Positions 50,857 to 60,359 of a stretch of DNA of 64,000 nucleotides are shown piece by piece. The position numbers were made by a program, and so were the translations under genes. Below the pieces are notes generated by a model that worked only from the letters and a program-made list of their open reading frames with translations, was not told the origin of the DNA and did not search any database. Each line of letters begins with the position of its first letter. The stretch's first letter is position 1. Source of the stretch: Vulcanimicrobiota bacterium (GTDB lineage Bacteria > Vulcanimicrobiota > Vulcanimicrobiia > Vulcanimicrobiales > Vulcanimicrobiaceae); assembly GCA_963820825.1 (NCBI GenBank), contig CAWGBN010000003.1, positions 1 to 64,000 on the forward strand, written 5' to 3'.

Positions 50857-51297
50857 TCACTGCGAGATCACCATCTGCGAGGTGCTCGACATGTTCATCG
50901 AACCGGTCGAGACGAACGGTGCCAGGAACTTATACTGATAACTTACGTTGACCGAGACGACGCAGCCCGGCGCGTTCCCTGACGAGCCCGGCGGGCACTG
51001 CGACTGCGGCCACGTCGCGGTCACGTTGATCTTATTGGGATCGGTCCCGCCGACGCTGAGACTGCGGACGTAGTTTTGGACGTCGCTCGACTGCGCGTTG
51101 CAATGGTCGAGCACCGTGCACTGCGACCCCCGCACGATCGCCCAGCGCGCCCCTTGGCGCGCGAGCTGCGCGACGAACGCATACGTGTACATCACGCGGC
51201 CAAACTCCATGATCCCGAAGATCAAGGCCAAGAGCACCGTCATAACGATAGCGGTCTCCGGCAGGCTGGCACCACGCTCTCGGTTGCGAACGCGCAT
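50857..51297 (-). CDS. tadE: TadE-like pseudopilin 2
   Basis: ERG|ASLPETAIV, LARQGARWAIVRG. Confidence 0.85.
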   Translation of the reverse strand: MRVRNRERGASLPETAIVMTVLLALIFGIMEFGRVMYTYAFVAQLARQGARWAIVRGSQCTVLDHCNAQSSDVQNYVRSLSVGGTDPNKINVTATWPQSQCPPGSSGNAPGCVVSVNVSYQYKFLAPFVSTGSMNMSSTSQMVISQ

Positions 51298-51764
51298 TAT
51301 TGACTCCCTACACGCTGGACGTCGCTCGCACCAACGGGTACGTTGGTCGGAATGCCCGGGTAGCTGAAGAGCGACTTGAAGGTTCCGGACACCGTTACTT
51401 TGACGTAGTACACCAGGCTCGGCGAGACCGAGTTGGAGTTATTTACGGGGCACGGCGACGGCTGATTGTTTATCGTGCAGACGATCGACGAGTGGATCGT
51501 CCAGTTCGAAAGACTCTGCGCGTCCTGCGAAGCCGCGCCCGCCGTGTGCGAGCTCGCACTATTCGTGTTTGCATCCGCCGCGGTCTGCAAGTTTTGCGTG
51601 GCGTACTGCACGCCGGCTCGTGCGGCGTGGGCGGCGAGTATCGAGAAATACGTATAGCGACCGACTTCGACTATGCCGAGCAAGAGAAAGAGAAAGACGG
51701 GCAAGATTACTGCGAACTCGATTAAGCTCGTACCGCTCTCGGAACGTAGAAGTGCGCGTTTCAT
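51297..51764 (-). CDS. tadE: TadE-like pseudopilin 3
   Basis: ESG|TSLIEFAVILP, AARAGVQY; close paralogue of 47051-47533. Confidence 0.85.
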   Translation of the reverse strand: MKRALLRSESGTSLIEFAVILPVFLFLLLGIVEVGRYTYFSILAAHAARAGVQYATQNLQTAADANTNSASSHTAGAASQDAQSLSNWTIHSSIVCTINNQPSPCPVNNSNSVSPSLVYYVKVTVSGTFKSLFSYPGIPTNVPVGASDVQRVGSQ

Positions 51765-52951
51765 TGCATTACCACCGCTTCTTTGACGATCGACTGGCCC
51801 GGCGCGGGCGACGCGAAATCGTAGGCCGTGTTTTGATTGAAGTTCGCAGAGCCAAAGACCAGCACGACGTAGTTTCCGTTTGCGCCGTCGAAATTCACGC
51901 TCGTCGAACCCGGCGCGTAGATGAGACCGCTCATTTTCACGTTCGGTCCGTTGAAATTTATGCTCGCCGAGTTCGACGGAACCTGATAGTAGAGGACGTT
52001 GGCGTAATTTCCGCTGGTAGGCGGAGTGAGCGTGACCGATTGATTGTCGAAGTTCGGTCCGTTTCCACCCTGCGGGACGTAGATCGTAACCCCGCTTCCC
52101 GTAATCGTCGCGCCGTTGTCGTTGAAGTTACCGCTAATGACGTATGTGCCCGGGGCAAAGGTCGTGGCGGCGTTGAGATTGAGGTTCTGATAGCAGCCGG
52201 GATAGATCGTGCCGGCATGGCCGTTTTGATTGTAGGTCTGACAGTTCGTCGCCGGCGGCGGATTGCCGGCGATATACGCACAGCCCGGAATTTGCGGGCA
52301 GGGATCGGCCACGGGAAGCATCTTCGTCGGACTGCCCTCCGTGAAGGTCGTGCCTCCGTAATTCGGCGTGCCGCCAGCGTAGCCGATATACGGTGACGCG
52401 ATCGTTCCGCCGTTGAAATTGGCGGAGAAGTTGATGTTGATCGCGCACCCCGGCGAATAAATGGTCGCGTTGTTGAAGCTGCTCCAACTATTGTTGCTCA
52501 ACAGATAGATGCAATTGCTGGGGCTGGCCGAGCTGCTGAGTACGGCCGTCGCTTCCGTCGTTTCGGGCACCCCGTTTCCGAAGCCGAAAAGGCGAGCAAA
52601 AAACGGCGTCTGCGTCGTCGTCACGGAAACGCGCACCGCACAGCTATTGGCGGCAAAAGGTCCGCTCGCAGGAGGGTTCTGCACGGCGATCGTCGCGCTC
52701 GGTGTCGAGAATCCGTTGGTCGCCGCGTCGGTATCGGCGGCATTCGCTGCCGTTTGCGAGCTGGGGCAACCCGAATGGGCGAGTGACTGCGCACCCCCCA
52801 TCGCCGCAGCGTCCGTGGCGCTTTGCTGCGCCTGCTGGCGAAACTCCCAATAGCCGACGTCTACGCCGATTGCACCGAAGCCCAGCAGCGGTGCTGCGAG
52901 GAGCGCCACGAGCGGAATGACCTGCCCTGACTCGCGAAACCGGCGTCGCAT
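51761..52951 (-). CDS. TadG-like tip protein 2 (variant repeats)
   Basis: SG|QVIPLVA, QQSATDAAAMGGA; NFNG/NFDN/NFDG/NFNQ repeats. Confidence 0.8.
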   Translation of the reverse strand: MRRRFRESGQVIPLVALLAAPLLGFGAIGVDVGYWEFRQQAQQSATDAAAMGGAQSLAHSGCPSSQTAANAADTDAATNGFSTPSATIAVQNPPASGPFAANSCAVRVSVTTTQTPFFARLFGFGNGVPETTEATAVLSSSASPSNCIYLLSNNSWSSFNNATIYSPGCAININFSANFNGGTIASPYIGYAGGTPNYGGTTFTEGSPTKMLPVADPCPQIPGCAYIAGNPPPATNCQTYNQNGHAGTIYPGCYQNLNLNAATTFAPGTYVISGNFNDNGATITGSGVTIYVPQGGNGPNFDNQSVTLTPPTSGNYANVLYYQVPSNSASINFNGPNVKMSGLIYAPGSTSVNFDGANGNYVVLVFGSANFNQNTAYDFASPAPGQSIVKEAVVMQ

Positions 52952-54144
52952 TACTGAGCGACGACCGCCTGTTTGATGTAGGATTGGCTCGGCGGAGGCG
53001 TTGCGTAATCTTGCGAGGTGCTGCCGTTGAGGTTAGCGGCACCAAAGACGAGTACCAGATAACCGCCGGCGGCGCCATTGAAATTCACCGACGTCGGCGT
53101 CGGAGCGTAGATCAGGCCGCTATAGTTACCACTGGTTCCGTTGAAATTCGGGCTGCCCGAGTTGCTCGGAACCTGGTAGTAGAGTACGCCCGCCGTCGGC
53201 CCGCTGCTCATCGGCGTCATGGTCGCCGCGCTGACGCCATTGAAGTTCGGTGGGGAGGCGTTCGCCGTGACGTACATCGTGACGCCGTTGCCCGTGATGG
53301 TTGCGCCGTTGAAGTTTTCGCTTCCATTGAACGTGTATATTCCGTTGCTCATCGTCACGACGGCGCCGTTGAGGTTGAGGCTGTTGTAACATCCTGGGCT
53401 CAAGGGGCCGTGGTAGCCGTTGCCGTTAAAATTTTGGCAGTTGGTCGTCGGCTGCGGGTTGTTGGCGAGGTAGTTGCACCCGGCAATTTCAGGGCAGGGG
53501 TCGGCGACCGGCATCATCAGCGTCGGTTTGCCGGTCGTGAAGGTCGCGCCGTTTTGGTTCGGGGCCGGTCCGGCATAGCCGATGCTGAGCGCGTTGATCG
53601 TCGCGCCGTTGAAGTTCGCGGTGTCGTTGATTAGGATGCCGCACTTCGTGGCGGTCATGTGTCCGCCGTTGAAGTTCGACGAAACCGTCGGGCTGAGGAG
53701 GTAGATACAACCGGAGCCGGAGTTGCTGACGATTGCGGTCGCCTGCGTCGTCTCGGTGACCCCGGACGAATAGCCGAAGAGACGCTCGAAGAACGTCGAA
53801 TTGTTCGTCGTCGTGATGCTGACCATGACGGCGCAGCTGTTGCCCGAAAACGGACCGCTTGCGGGCGGGTTTGCAACGCTCACCGACACGTTGCCGGCGT
53901 TACCATAGCCATTGTTTGCAGCATCGGTATCGGCGCCGGACGTTGCCACCGTCTTGTTCGGACATCCTACCTTGACAAGCGAGGCGGCGCCCCCTGCCGC
54001 CGCCGCATCGGTCGCGGCTTGCTGCGTTTGGTTGCGATACTCCAAGTAGCCGACGTCGACGCCAATACCGCCGAAGCCCATGAGCGCGGCGAGACTGACG
54101 GCGATCAGCGGGAGAACCTGACCCGACTGACCCCGGCGCCTCAT
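52951..54144 (-). CDS. TadG-like tip protein 3 with NFNG repeats
   Basis: SG|QVLPLIA, QQAATDAAAAGGA; about 10 N-x-N-G motifs. Confidence 0.8.
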   Translation of the reverse strand: MRRRGQSGQVLPLIAVSLAALMGFGGIGVDVGYLEYRNQTQQAATDAAAAGGAASLVKVGCPNKTVATSGADTDAANNGYGNAGNVSVSVANPPASGPFSGNSCAVMVSITTTNNSTFFERLFGYSSGVTETTQATAIVSNSGSGCIYLLSPTVSSNFNGGHMTATKCGILINDTANFNGATINALSIGYAGPAPNQNGATFTTGKPTLMMPVADPCPEIAGCNYLANNPQPTTNCQNFNGNGYHGPLSPGCYNSLNLNGAVVTMSNGIYTFNGSENFNGATITGNGVTMYVTANASPPNFNGVSAATMTPMSSGPTAGVLYYQVPSNSGSPNFNGTSGNYSGLIYAPTPTSVNFNGAAGGYLVLVFGAANLNGSTSQDYATPPPSQSYIKQAVVAQ

Positions 54145-55565
54145 CGGGTGAGGATCTCCGGCGTCATCACGAAGACGACGTCCGACTGGTTATTTTGATA
54201 GGCCGTCGAGGTGAAGAGCTTTCCGAGGATCGGAATAGACGAGAGGATCGGAATTCTCGAGACGGTCTTCATCTCGACGCGATTAACGAGGCCTCCAAGC
54301 ATAATACTCTCTCCAGGTCGGGTCGTCACGTCGGTTGAGAGTTTGCTCACCAGTAGTGCCGGAATGGTAAAGCCGGAGACGACAACGGCATTGGCATAGT
54401 CGAGCCGGGAGATCTCCGGCGCGACCACCGTGTGAACCGAACCGTTGCCGAGGATTTCGGGCGTTACGTTCAACTGTACGCCGTAGGGTTGATACTGAAC
54501 GTTGACCGCACCGAGTCCGGTCGACGTTACTACCGGTATCTCGCCCCCGACTAAGAACGTTGCCTTGGCTCCGGGACTCGTTACCAAATTCGGGCTAGAG
54601 AGAACCCTCGCATGGCCCTCCTGCATGAGCAGGTTCAGGGTCGGAGCTAGAGTCACCGTACGGAAGAACGGCTGAATCGTGAAGCCCAACCCCGCGGGTG
54701 GTTGCGAGAATCCCTCAACTACCGGAAATGACGGACCACCCAACGTATAGGTTTGTGGGTTAATTGCCGGATTGAAGGATGCCGAATTCAGTTGCAGCCC
54801 GAGGTTCGATTGGGCCGTTTTATCGACCTCGAGCACGTAGACTTTGATATCGATCTGGCTATTGCTTAAAGAGTTCAAACGATCGATCAGCTGCCCGTTG
54901 CTCGCAAGATAGGGTCCGGCGAGGCCGCGGGCACGATCGAGAATGGCCTGTGCGGTAACCGCATCGGTGGCGTTGCCGCTCACGATCACGTTACCTTTTC
55001 CATCGGGATCGACGCGAATATCGCTCGCGCCGGGTATGCCGGCGATTGCGTGCTGCAGATCGCTGAGATTCTGGGATATCGTTACCGCGTTGACGATGAC
55101 CGCATCTTGCGCCTTGAGCACCGGCTGGAACCGGCCGATGATGTCGTTGATCTGCTGGAACTGCGCCCCGTCCGACACCGTACCGCGCACGACGACCGAG
55201 TGATCGAAGCTGACGACCTGGACGCTCGGCGCCGAGATCGCGCTGCGCAGCATTTGGGCGACGTCGTCGAGCTGCTGCTGGGTCACCGTTACCTCATAGG
55301 TGACGCGGCGCCCGCCGGCCCAGATAAAGACGGTCGTGTGGCCCGGCGCCTTTCCGTTCACCACCACCTGCGAGGTGCCGACCGGAACGACGCCGGCGAT
55401 CCGGCCGTCACCGACGGCAACGCGGGTCAAGCCTTCGGCCTTCAGTAATATGGAGTGGCCCGATTGAATCGAGACCAGAGTGATCTGGTCCGCGCAGACC
55501 GGCGCTGCGGGCGCAGCAAGGGCCGCGATTAGAAAGGGAATTATCCGCCGACTTAAAGCGTTCAT
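54141..55565 (-). CDS. rcpA: Flp pilus secretin RcpA/CpaC
   Basis: RVAVGD..IA.V, GKAPGHTTVFIW, ARVLSSPNL, ATFLVGGEIP, IPILSSIPILGKLF. Confidence 0.9.
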   Translation of the reverse strand: MNALSRRIIPFLIAALAAPAAPVCADQITLVSIQSGHSILLKAEGLTRVAVGDGRIAGVVPVGTSQVVVNGKAPGHTTVFIWAGGRRVTYEVTVTQQQLDDVAQMLRSAISAPSVQVVSFDHSVVVRGTVSDGAQFQQINDIIGRFQPVLKAQDAVIVNAVTISQNLSDLQHAIAGIPGASDIRVDPDGKGNVIVSGNATDAVTAQAILDRARGLAGPYLASNGQLIDRLNSLSNSQIDIKVYVLEVDKTAQSNLGLQLNSASFNPAINPQTYTLGGPSFPVVEGFSQPPAGLGFTIQPFFRTVTLAPTLNLLMQEGHARVLSSPNLVTSPGAKATFLVGGEIPVVTSTGLGAVNVQYQPYGVQLNVTPEILGNGSVHTVVAPEISRLDYANAVVVSGFTIPALLVSKLSTDVTTRPGESIMLGGLVNRVEMKTVSRIPILSSIPILGKLFTSTAYQNNQSDVVFVMTPEILTR

Positions 55566-55573
55566 CGTTGAGT

Positions 55574-55609
55574 ATTATGCCACGGATTCCGGCGTTAACG
55601 CGTTAACGC
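55574..55609 (-). promoter_or_regulatory. rcpA promoter region with an 18-bp palindrome
   Basis: GCGTTAACGCGTTAACGC (55592-55609) upstream of TGG-CATAAT, which lies 8 nt before the ATG. Confidence 0.6.
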
Positions 55610-55712
55610 AATGAGGACGTTGAGTTAGAATCGCGGCAAACGGCCTCGCTTCTGTTGCCAAGGCGGCGGCAGTGATGGCATGATACAGCGCACCAGGAGC
55701 TAGGAGGTTTCC

Positions 55713-56456
55713 ATGCGGCCTTATCGTCAGGTGGTTCTTCCTTTACTCTGCTGGCTGATTTCGGCACAAGGCGCCGCGGCAGCAGCAGGGCAAGGAGTTC
55801 CGCTCGCAACCGTCGCCCACGATGCTCACCTCGAGTATACGTGGCTGGCGGCGACGCGTGCCGTACAACTGAGCGGCCCCGGAATCGTGCTCGTTGTTCG
55901 CCCAGGCGACAATGTGTACGAAGTGGACGATCGTGTCGAAGTAACCACAGTTACGCCACGCTACATCTCCAACGACATCTACGTCTCGCAAGCGCTTGCT
56001 ACACACATCACACAACTTGCACGGCAAGCGTACGCACTCGTCAGCGAGCAGGAAGCACAAGCTGCGAGCCAAGAGAGACTAGAACAGCAGCAGCAAGCCG
56101 GCGTGCCGGAACTGCGCGGCACGATCGTCCTCAATGCCACGCCACTCCAAGGAGCGGAAGCGGTACTCGTCACGGGTAATGCGCCACCGACGGCCCCCGT
56201 CCGGATCACGCTTCTCGCTACGCTCTCCTCCGAGCTACCCAACGTGCTGCTCAGCCGTCACGACCTGACGGCAGGGCCGGATGGGAAGTTCCAAGCGATC
56301 ATTCCGATTTCGCCCGACTATATGCGCGACACATTCATCCACGTTCTGGCAACGTCGTTGCCGGGCGTAACCTCGGCAAGCGCGCAGCTCTTGGTCATGG
56401 CACCGAATACCGGGATCAACGTGCCCGCTGACGCTTTTCCCGGTGGCATCTGGTAA
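55713..56456 (+). CDS. Hypothetical exported protein heading the rightward tad operon
   Basis: SD AGGAGG, signal peptide; N-domain reminiscent of copper-amine-oxidase N-terminal (stalk) domains. Confidence 0.7.
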   Translation: MRPYRQVVLPLLCWLISAQGAAAAAGQGVPLATVAHDAHLEYTWLAATRAVQLSGPGIVLVVRPGDNVYEVDDRVEVTTVTPRYISNDIYVSQALATHITQLARQAYALVSEQEAQAASQERLEQQQQAGVPELRGTIVLNATPLQGAEAVLVTGNAPPTAPVRITLLATLSSELPNVLLSRHDLTAGPDGKFQAIIPISPDYMRDTFIHVLATSLPGVTSASAQLLVMAPNTGINVPADAFPGGIW

Positions 56457-56470
56457 ACAAGGAAGGACTT

Positions 56471-56632
56471 ATGTTCAGCATCCTACCCTCCATGATCCGC
56501 GACGAAGAGGGTGCGACGATGGTCGAATACGGACTGCTCGTTGCATTCATCGCTCTTGTTGCGCTCGTCGGCGTCCAAGCATTGGGCAACGGCCTTAACG
56601 GCATGTTCAATGGCGTCGCCGGCAGCCTTTAA
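56471..56632 (+). CDS. flp: Flp family pilin 2 (53 aa)
   Basis: MFSILPSMIRDEEG|ATMVEYGLLVAFIAL; SD GGAAGGA. Confidence 0.92.
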   Translation: MFSILPSMIRDEEGATMVEYGLLVAFIALVALVGVQALGNGLNGMFNGVAGSL

Positions 56633-56684
56633 ATCGCGGTAATCGATCTACCCAGCACTACCACAAACCAACTAAGGAGAACCA

Positions 56685-56837
56685 ATGCTAACCACCCTCA
56701 TTCGGGATGAAGAAGGCGCCACGATGGTCGAGTACGGCCTCTTGGTTGCGTTCATCGCTCTCGTAGCGATCGTGGGCGTCAAGGCGCTCGGAACCGGTCT
56801 CAACAGTCTCTTCACCGGTATCTCAGGCTCACTCTAA
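56685..56837 (+). CDS. flp: Flp family pilin 3 (50 aa)
   Basis: MLTTLIRDEEG|ATMVEYGLLVAFIAL; SD TAAGGAG. Confidence 0.92.
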   Translation: MLTTLIRDEEGATMVEYGLLVAFIALVAIVGVKALGTGLNSLFTGISGSL

Positions 56838-56853
56838 ACAACCGACGAAACGC

Positions 56854-56899
56854 AGGGTTGATGGGGCGCGACTCGGGGGATTCGCGCCTCCCCAACCCT
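56854..56899 (+). terminator. Stem-loop after the pilin genes (partial terminator or mRNA stabiliser)
   Basis: AGGGTTG..GGGGCGCGA/TCGCGCCTCCCCAACCCT followed by TCTTC. Confidence 0.55.
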
Positions 56900-56914
56900 T
56901 CTTCATATCTGGAA

Positions 56915-57424
56915 ATGCCCACTACCATTTGGTTAACCCTGGCGGCCTGTATCATCGCAAGTCTTTATGACGTGCGATCGCGGCGCATTCCCAACTTCTT
57001 GACCGGATCGCTGGCGGTCGCCGCCGTTATCGTTCATGCCCTTGGCGGGATCCAGTCGCTCGCGGTCAGCTTGATCGTGATGGCAGCGCTCACCCTCGGC
57101 GGCGCGCTGCTCCATGCCCGGGGAGGCATCGGCGGCGGCGACGTCAAACTCGCTATCGCGGCCTCCGGGATGCTGAGCTACCCGCTCTTCATTTCTTTTC
57201 TACTCTACTCGGCGATCGGCGGCGGTTTACTCGCAGTCTTCTTCCTCATCTTTAGAGGTGAGGCGCGCGCGGCATTCTCGCGAGCCGCGCTCATCGTCGC
57301 CGGCGATGCGCGCAGCATAGTCAGCCGGCGAACGACCCTGCCGTATGCCATCGCCTTTGCGATCGGGGCGCTGGCGGTCACGCTCTCACAAAACGTCGCA
57401 CCATTCTTGAGGATTCTCTCGTGA
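56915..57424 (+). CDS. cpaA: A24 prepilin peptidase CpaA/TadV
   Basis: YDVRSRRIPNFL, GIGGGDVKL, LPYAIAFAIG. Confidence 0.9.
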   Translation: MPTTIWLTLAACIIASLYDVRSRRIPNFLTGSLAVAAVIVHALGGIQSLAVSLIVMAALTLGGALLHARGGIGGGDVKLAIAASGMLSYPLFISFLLYSAIGGGLLAVFFLIFRGEARAAFSRAALIVAGDARSIVSRRTTLPYAIAFAIGALAVTLSQNVAPFLRILS

Positions 57425-58299
57425 ACTTTCGGCGCACCACTTTACTCGTAGCCATCGTGCTGGCAATCGGCACGGGCTGGTTGACTTTGACCTACCTCTC
57501 GGCGTTACGCCCCGCTCCGAGCGAGCAGCGCCCCGTATTGATCGCGTCGCAAGAGATCGCGGCGCGCTCGCGGATCGTCGATACGATGTTCACCAAGGAG
57601 ATGCGCTCCTCGCAATCGCTCGAGCCCGACGCGCTCTCCGCCCCGAGCCAAGCGGTCGGGTCGCTCGCGCTCGTCACGATTCCGGCCGGATCGCAGCTGA
57701 CCGCATCCGACGTGGGGACGAACGTCGCCTCGGCTCTCCCCGTGCGGCTGCAGTCCGGCATGCGCGCGGTCAGCATTCCGGTCGACCGCGTCAAGGACGT
57801 CTCCGGTTTGATTCAACCGGGCGACCGCGTCGACGTGATCGCGATTCCGCCGGCGAAGACGAACGGTCCACCGCCCAAAGCGGCCACGATCTTCCGCGGC
57901 ATCCGCGTGCTCGCGGTCGGCAGCGCGCTCGAGAACCCTTCGGCTACTCCATCGCCCCAAGAGCAAGACGCTTCAACGGTCACGCTCGAGGTGACGCCGC
58001 ACCAAGCCGACATCCTTGCTTGGGCGGATCAGAACGCGACGCTGCGTCTCGCGCTGCGCTCGCCGCGCGAAGCGATTCGCGCCGAACCGGTTGAGATGCT
58101 GACGATCACCGGCAATACCGTCGCCGCGGCACCGCCGCCGGTTGCGCCCGCACCGTTAACCTTTCCGATGAGCCCGCAGTCGCGCGATCCGGCCCCGCGC
58201 CGATTCACCTCACCGGTCGAACTGATCATCGGCGATCAGATCGTCGATCCGGATAACCCGCAAAGCTCGCAGAGCCCGCAGAGCCCACAAAGCCAATGA
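57421..58299 (+). CDS. cpaB: Flp pilus assembly protein CpaB/RcpC
   Basis: SAF-like N-domain, GMRAVSIPVD...VSGLIQPGDRVDVI, VTLEVTP, LRLALRS. Confidence 0.92.
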   Translation: MNFRRTTLLVAIVLAIGTGWLTLTYLSALRPAPSEQRPVLIASQEIAARSRIVDTMFTKEMRSSQSLEPDALSAPSQAVGSLALVTIPAGSQLTASDVGTNVASALPVRLQSGMRAVSIPVDRVKDVSGLIQPGDRVDVIAIPPAKTNGPPPKAATIFRGIRVLAVGSALENPSATPSPQEQDASTVTLEVTPHQADILAWADQNATLRLALRSPREAIRAEPVEMLTITGNTVAAAPPPVAPAPLTFPMSPQSRDPAPRRFTSPVELIIGDQIVDPDNPQSSQSPQSPQSQ

Positions 58300-60359
58300 G
58301 CGAATCGCCGATTGCGCTCTTCGTCGGATCGAAGGGAGGCGTCGGCACGACGACGCTCTGCTGCGAGCTGGCCAAAACGATCGGCCAGCGTGGAAACGTC
58401 GCCCTGGTCGATGCCGATCTGACGGGGCGCCGCGGCGTCGGAGTGCTCTTCGAAACGCTGCGAAGCCTCGACGCGGGCCGGGTCGACTCGTCCATCTCCC
58501 GCGTCCGCGCGGCGGGCATTAGCATCGTCGAACTCGCGGACCGCTACGATGCCGCCTTTACCCTCGACCCCGACGCCGTCGAGGCCTTAGCCGCCGGCAT
58601 GACCGGATTCAACACCCTCATCGTCGACGCACCGCAACCGTTCGCAGCCGCCGTCCGGCCGTTCTTAGCGCGAGCAAAGCGGATCTTTCTCGTTCTCGAG
58701 CCCACGCTTCTCGGTATCGTCGCCGCGCAGTCTCTCTATGCCGACCTGCTGCGATTCGGCATCCCGGCGAACCGAATCGCGACGATTATACAAGCTCGCA
58801 GCGACGATGCGACGGCGTCGCGCAGCCAGATAGAGCGCGCGCTCGATGCAAAGGTCGTGGCCGAGGTGCCATCGTCTAACAATCGTGGATACGCCAAGAG
58901 CGTCGCCGGCATCGCGCAATACTTTGAGGCGCTGCCCCCGGAAACGCAGCTCGCCGGGCTGCAGCCGTCGGCGGCCGCACCGCCGGGTGACGCGCGTATT
59001 CCGTTGCGCCGCACCTCCACAATGCGCTCGAACGGCAGGGGCACTTCGGCTGGTTCGACCGATACGAAGCGCGACGCATTCAAGCAGCAGGTGCACCAGG
59101 CGCTACTGCGTCAGGTCGATCTCGTCTCCGCAAGCGTTGCGCATACCGACGCAGATAAGCTCGCCGAGCTGCGCGCGAAGATCGAGAGCATTACCTCTTC
59201 GGTCGTCGCGTCGGCAAATTTCGAGGGCTCGGCAGAGGAGCTAGCGGCCCTGCGTCAGGAGATTCTCGACGAGGCGCTCGGGCTTGGCCCACTCGAAGAT
59301 CTTATGAAGGACCCCGACGTTAGCGAAATCATGGTCAACGGACCTGATAAGATCTACGTCGAGCGCCACGGCATCATCGAGAAGACGGGGAAGCGCTTCG
59401 GCGACGGCCAGCAACTGCGGCTCGTCATCGAGCGAATCATTACACCGCTCGGCCGCCGCATCGATGAGTCGTCGCCGATGGTCGACGCACGCCTCTCCGA
59501 CGGCTCGCGCGTCAACGCGATCATCGAGCCCGTCGCGATCGACGGCACGTCGCTGACCATTCGCCGTTTCGGCCAGCGGCGGCTCACAGCCGAGGATCTC
59601 GTCTCGATCGGCGCCGCTCCGCGCGTGGTAATGAACTTTCTCAGTGCCGCCGTCAAATCGCGGCTCAACTGCATCGTCAGCGGCGGCACGGGCTCCGGCA
59701 AGACGACGTTCCTGAACGTCCTGTCGTCCTTTCTACCCGAACGCGAGCGCATCGTCACCATTGAAGACGCGGCAGAGCTCCTCCTGAATCAACCGCACAT
59801 CGTCCGGCTGGAATCGCGGCCGCCCAACGTCGAGGGCACCGGCGAGATTCGGATTCGCGATCTCTTTCGCAACGCGCTGCGTATGCGGCCCGATCGGATC
59901 ATCATCGGCGAGTGCCGCGGTCCCGAGGCGCTCGACATGTTGCAGGCAATGAACACCGGCCACGACGGCTCGCTTACGACGATCCACGCGAACAGCCAAC
60001 GCGACGCGATCTCCCGCGTGGAAACTATGGTGCTGATGGCCGGCTTCGACCTCCCGGTTCGCGCCATTCGCGAACAGATCGCAAGCGCGCTCGACATCGT
60101 CGTCCATACTTCCCGGCTTCGGGACGGCTCCCGCAAGGTCATCGGCATCAGTGAAGTCGTCGGCATGGAGGGCGACATCGTCACCATGCAAGAGATCGTG
60201 CGGTTCTCTCAGCGGGGCGTCGATAAGGAAGACAAGGTTCTCGGCGCGTTCTGCTATACCGGCGTGCAGCCGGTCTGTCTCAAGCGCTTCGCCGAGTACG
60301 GTGTGCCTTACGACGCGCGCGAATTAAACGAGTTAGAGCAACTGCCTTCGCTATGGTAG
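58296..60359 (+). CDS. cpaF: CpaE/TadZ (MinD-like) fused to CpaF/TadA ATPase, 687 aa
   Basis: N-terminal [10 protein letters not shown] and ALVDADL; C-terminal [47 protein letters not shown]. Confidence 0.92.
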   Translation: MSESPIALFVGSKGGVGTTTLCCELAKTIGQRGNVALVDADLTGRRGVGVLFETLRSLDAGRVDSSISRVRAAGISIVELADRYDAAFTLDPDAVEALAAGMTGFNTLIVDAPQPFAAAVRPFLARAKRIFLVLEPTLLGIVAAQSLYADLLRFGIPANRIATIIQARSDDATASRSQIERALDAKVVAEVPSSNNRGYAKSVAGIAQYFEALPPETQLAGLQPSAAAPPGDARIPLRRTSTMRSNGRGTSAGSTDTKRDAFKQQVHQALLRQVDLVSASVAHTDADKLAELRAKIESITSSVVASANFEGSAEELAALRQEILDEALGLGPLEDLMKDPDVSEIMVNGPDKIYVERHGIIEKTGKRFGDGQQLRLVIERIITPLGRRIDESSPMVDARLSDGSRVNAIIEPVAIDGTSLTIRRFGQRRLTAEDLVSIGAAPRVVMNFLSAAVKSRLNCIVSGGTGSGKTTFLNVLSSFLPERERIVTIEDAAELLLNQPHIVRLESRPPNVEGTGEIRIRDLFRNALRMRPDRIIIGECRGPEALDMLQAMNTGHDGSLTTIHANSQRDAISRVETMVLMAGFDLPVRAIREQIASALDIVVHTSRLRDGSRKVIGISEVVGMEGDIVTMQEIVRFSQRGVDKEDKVLGAFCYTGVQPVCLKRFAEYGVPYDARELNELEQLPSLW

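Noticed and set aside
58261..58296. [12 protein letters not shown] short tandem repeat at the CpaB C-terminus
   Set aside because: Imperfect 9-bp repeat in a disordered tail; no sign of a phase-variable tract
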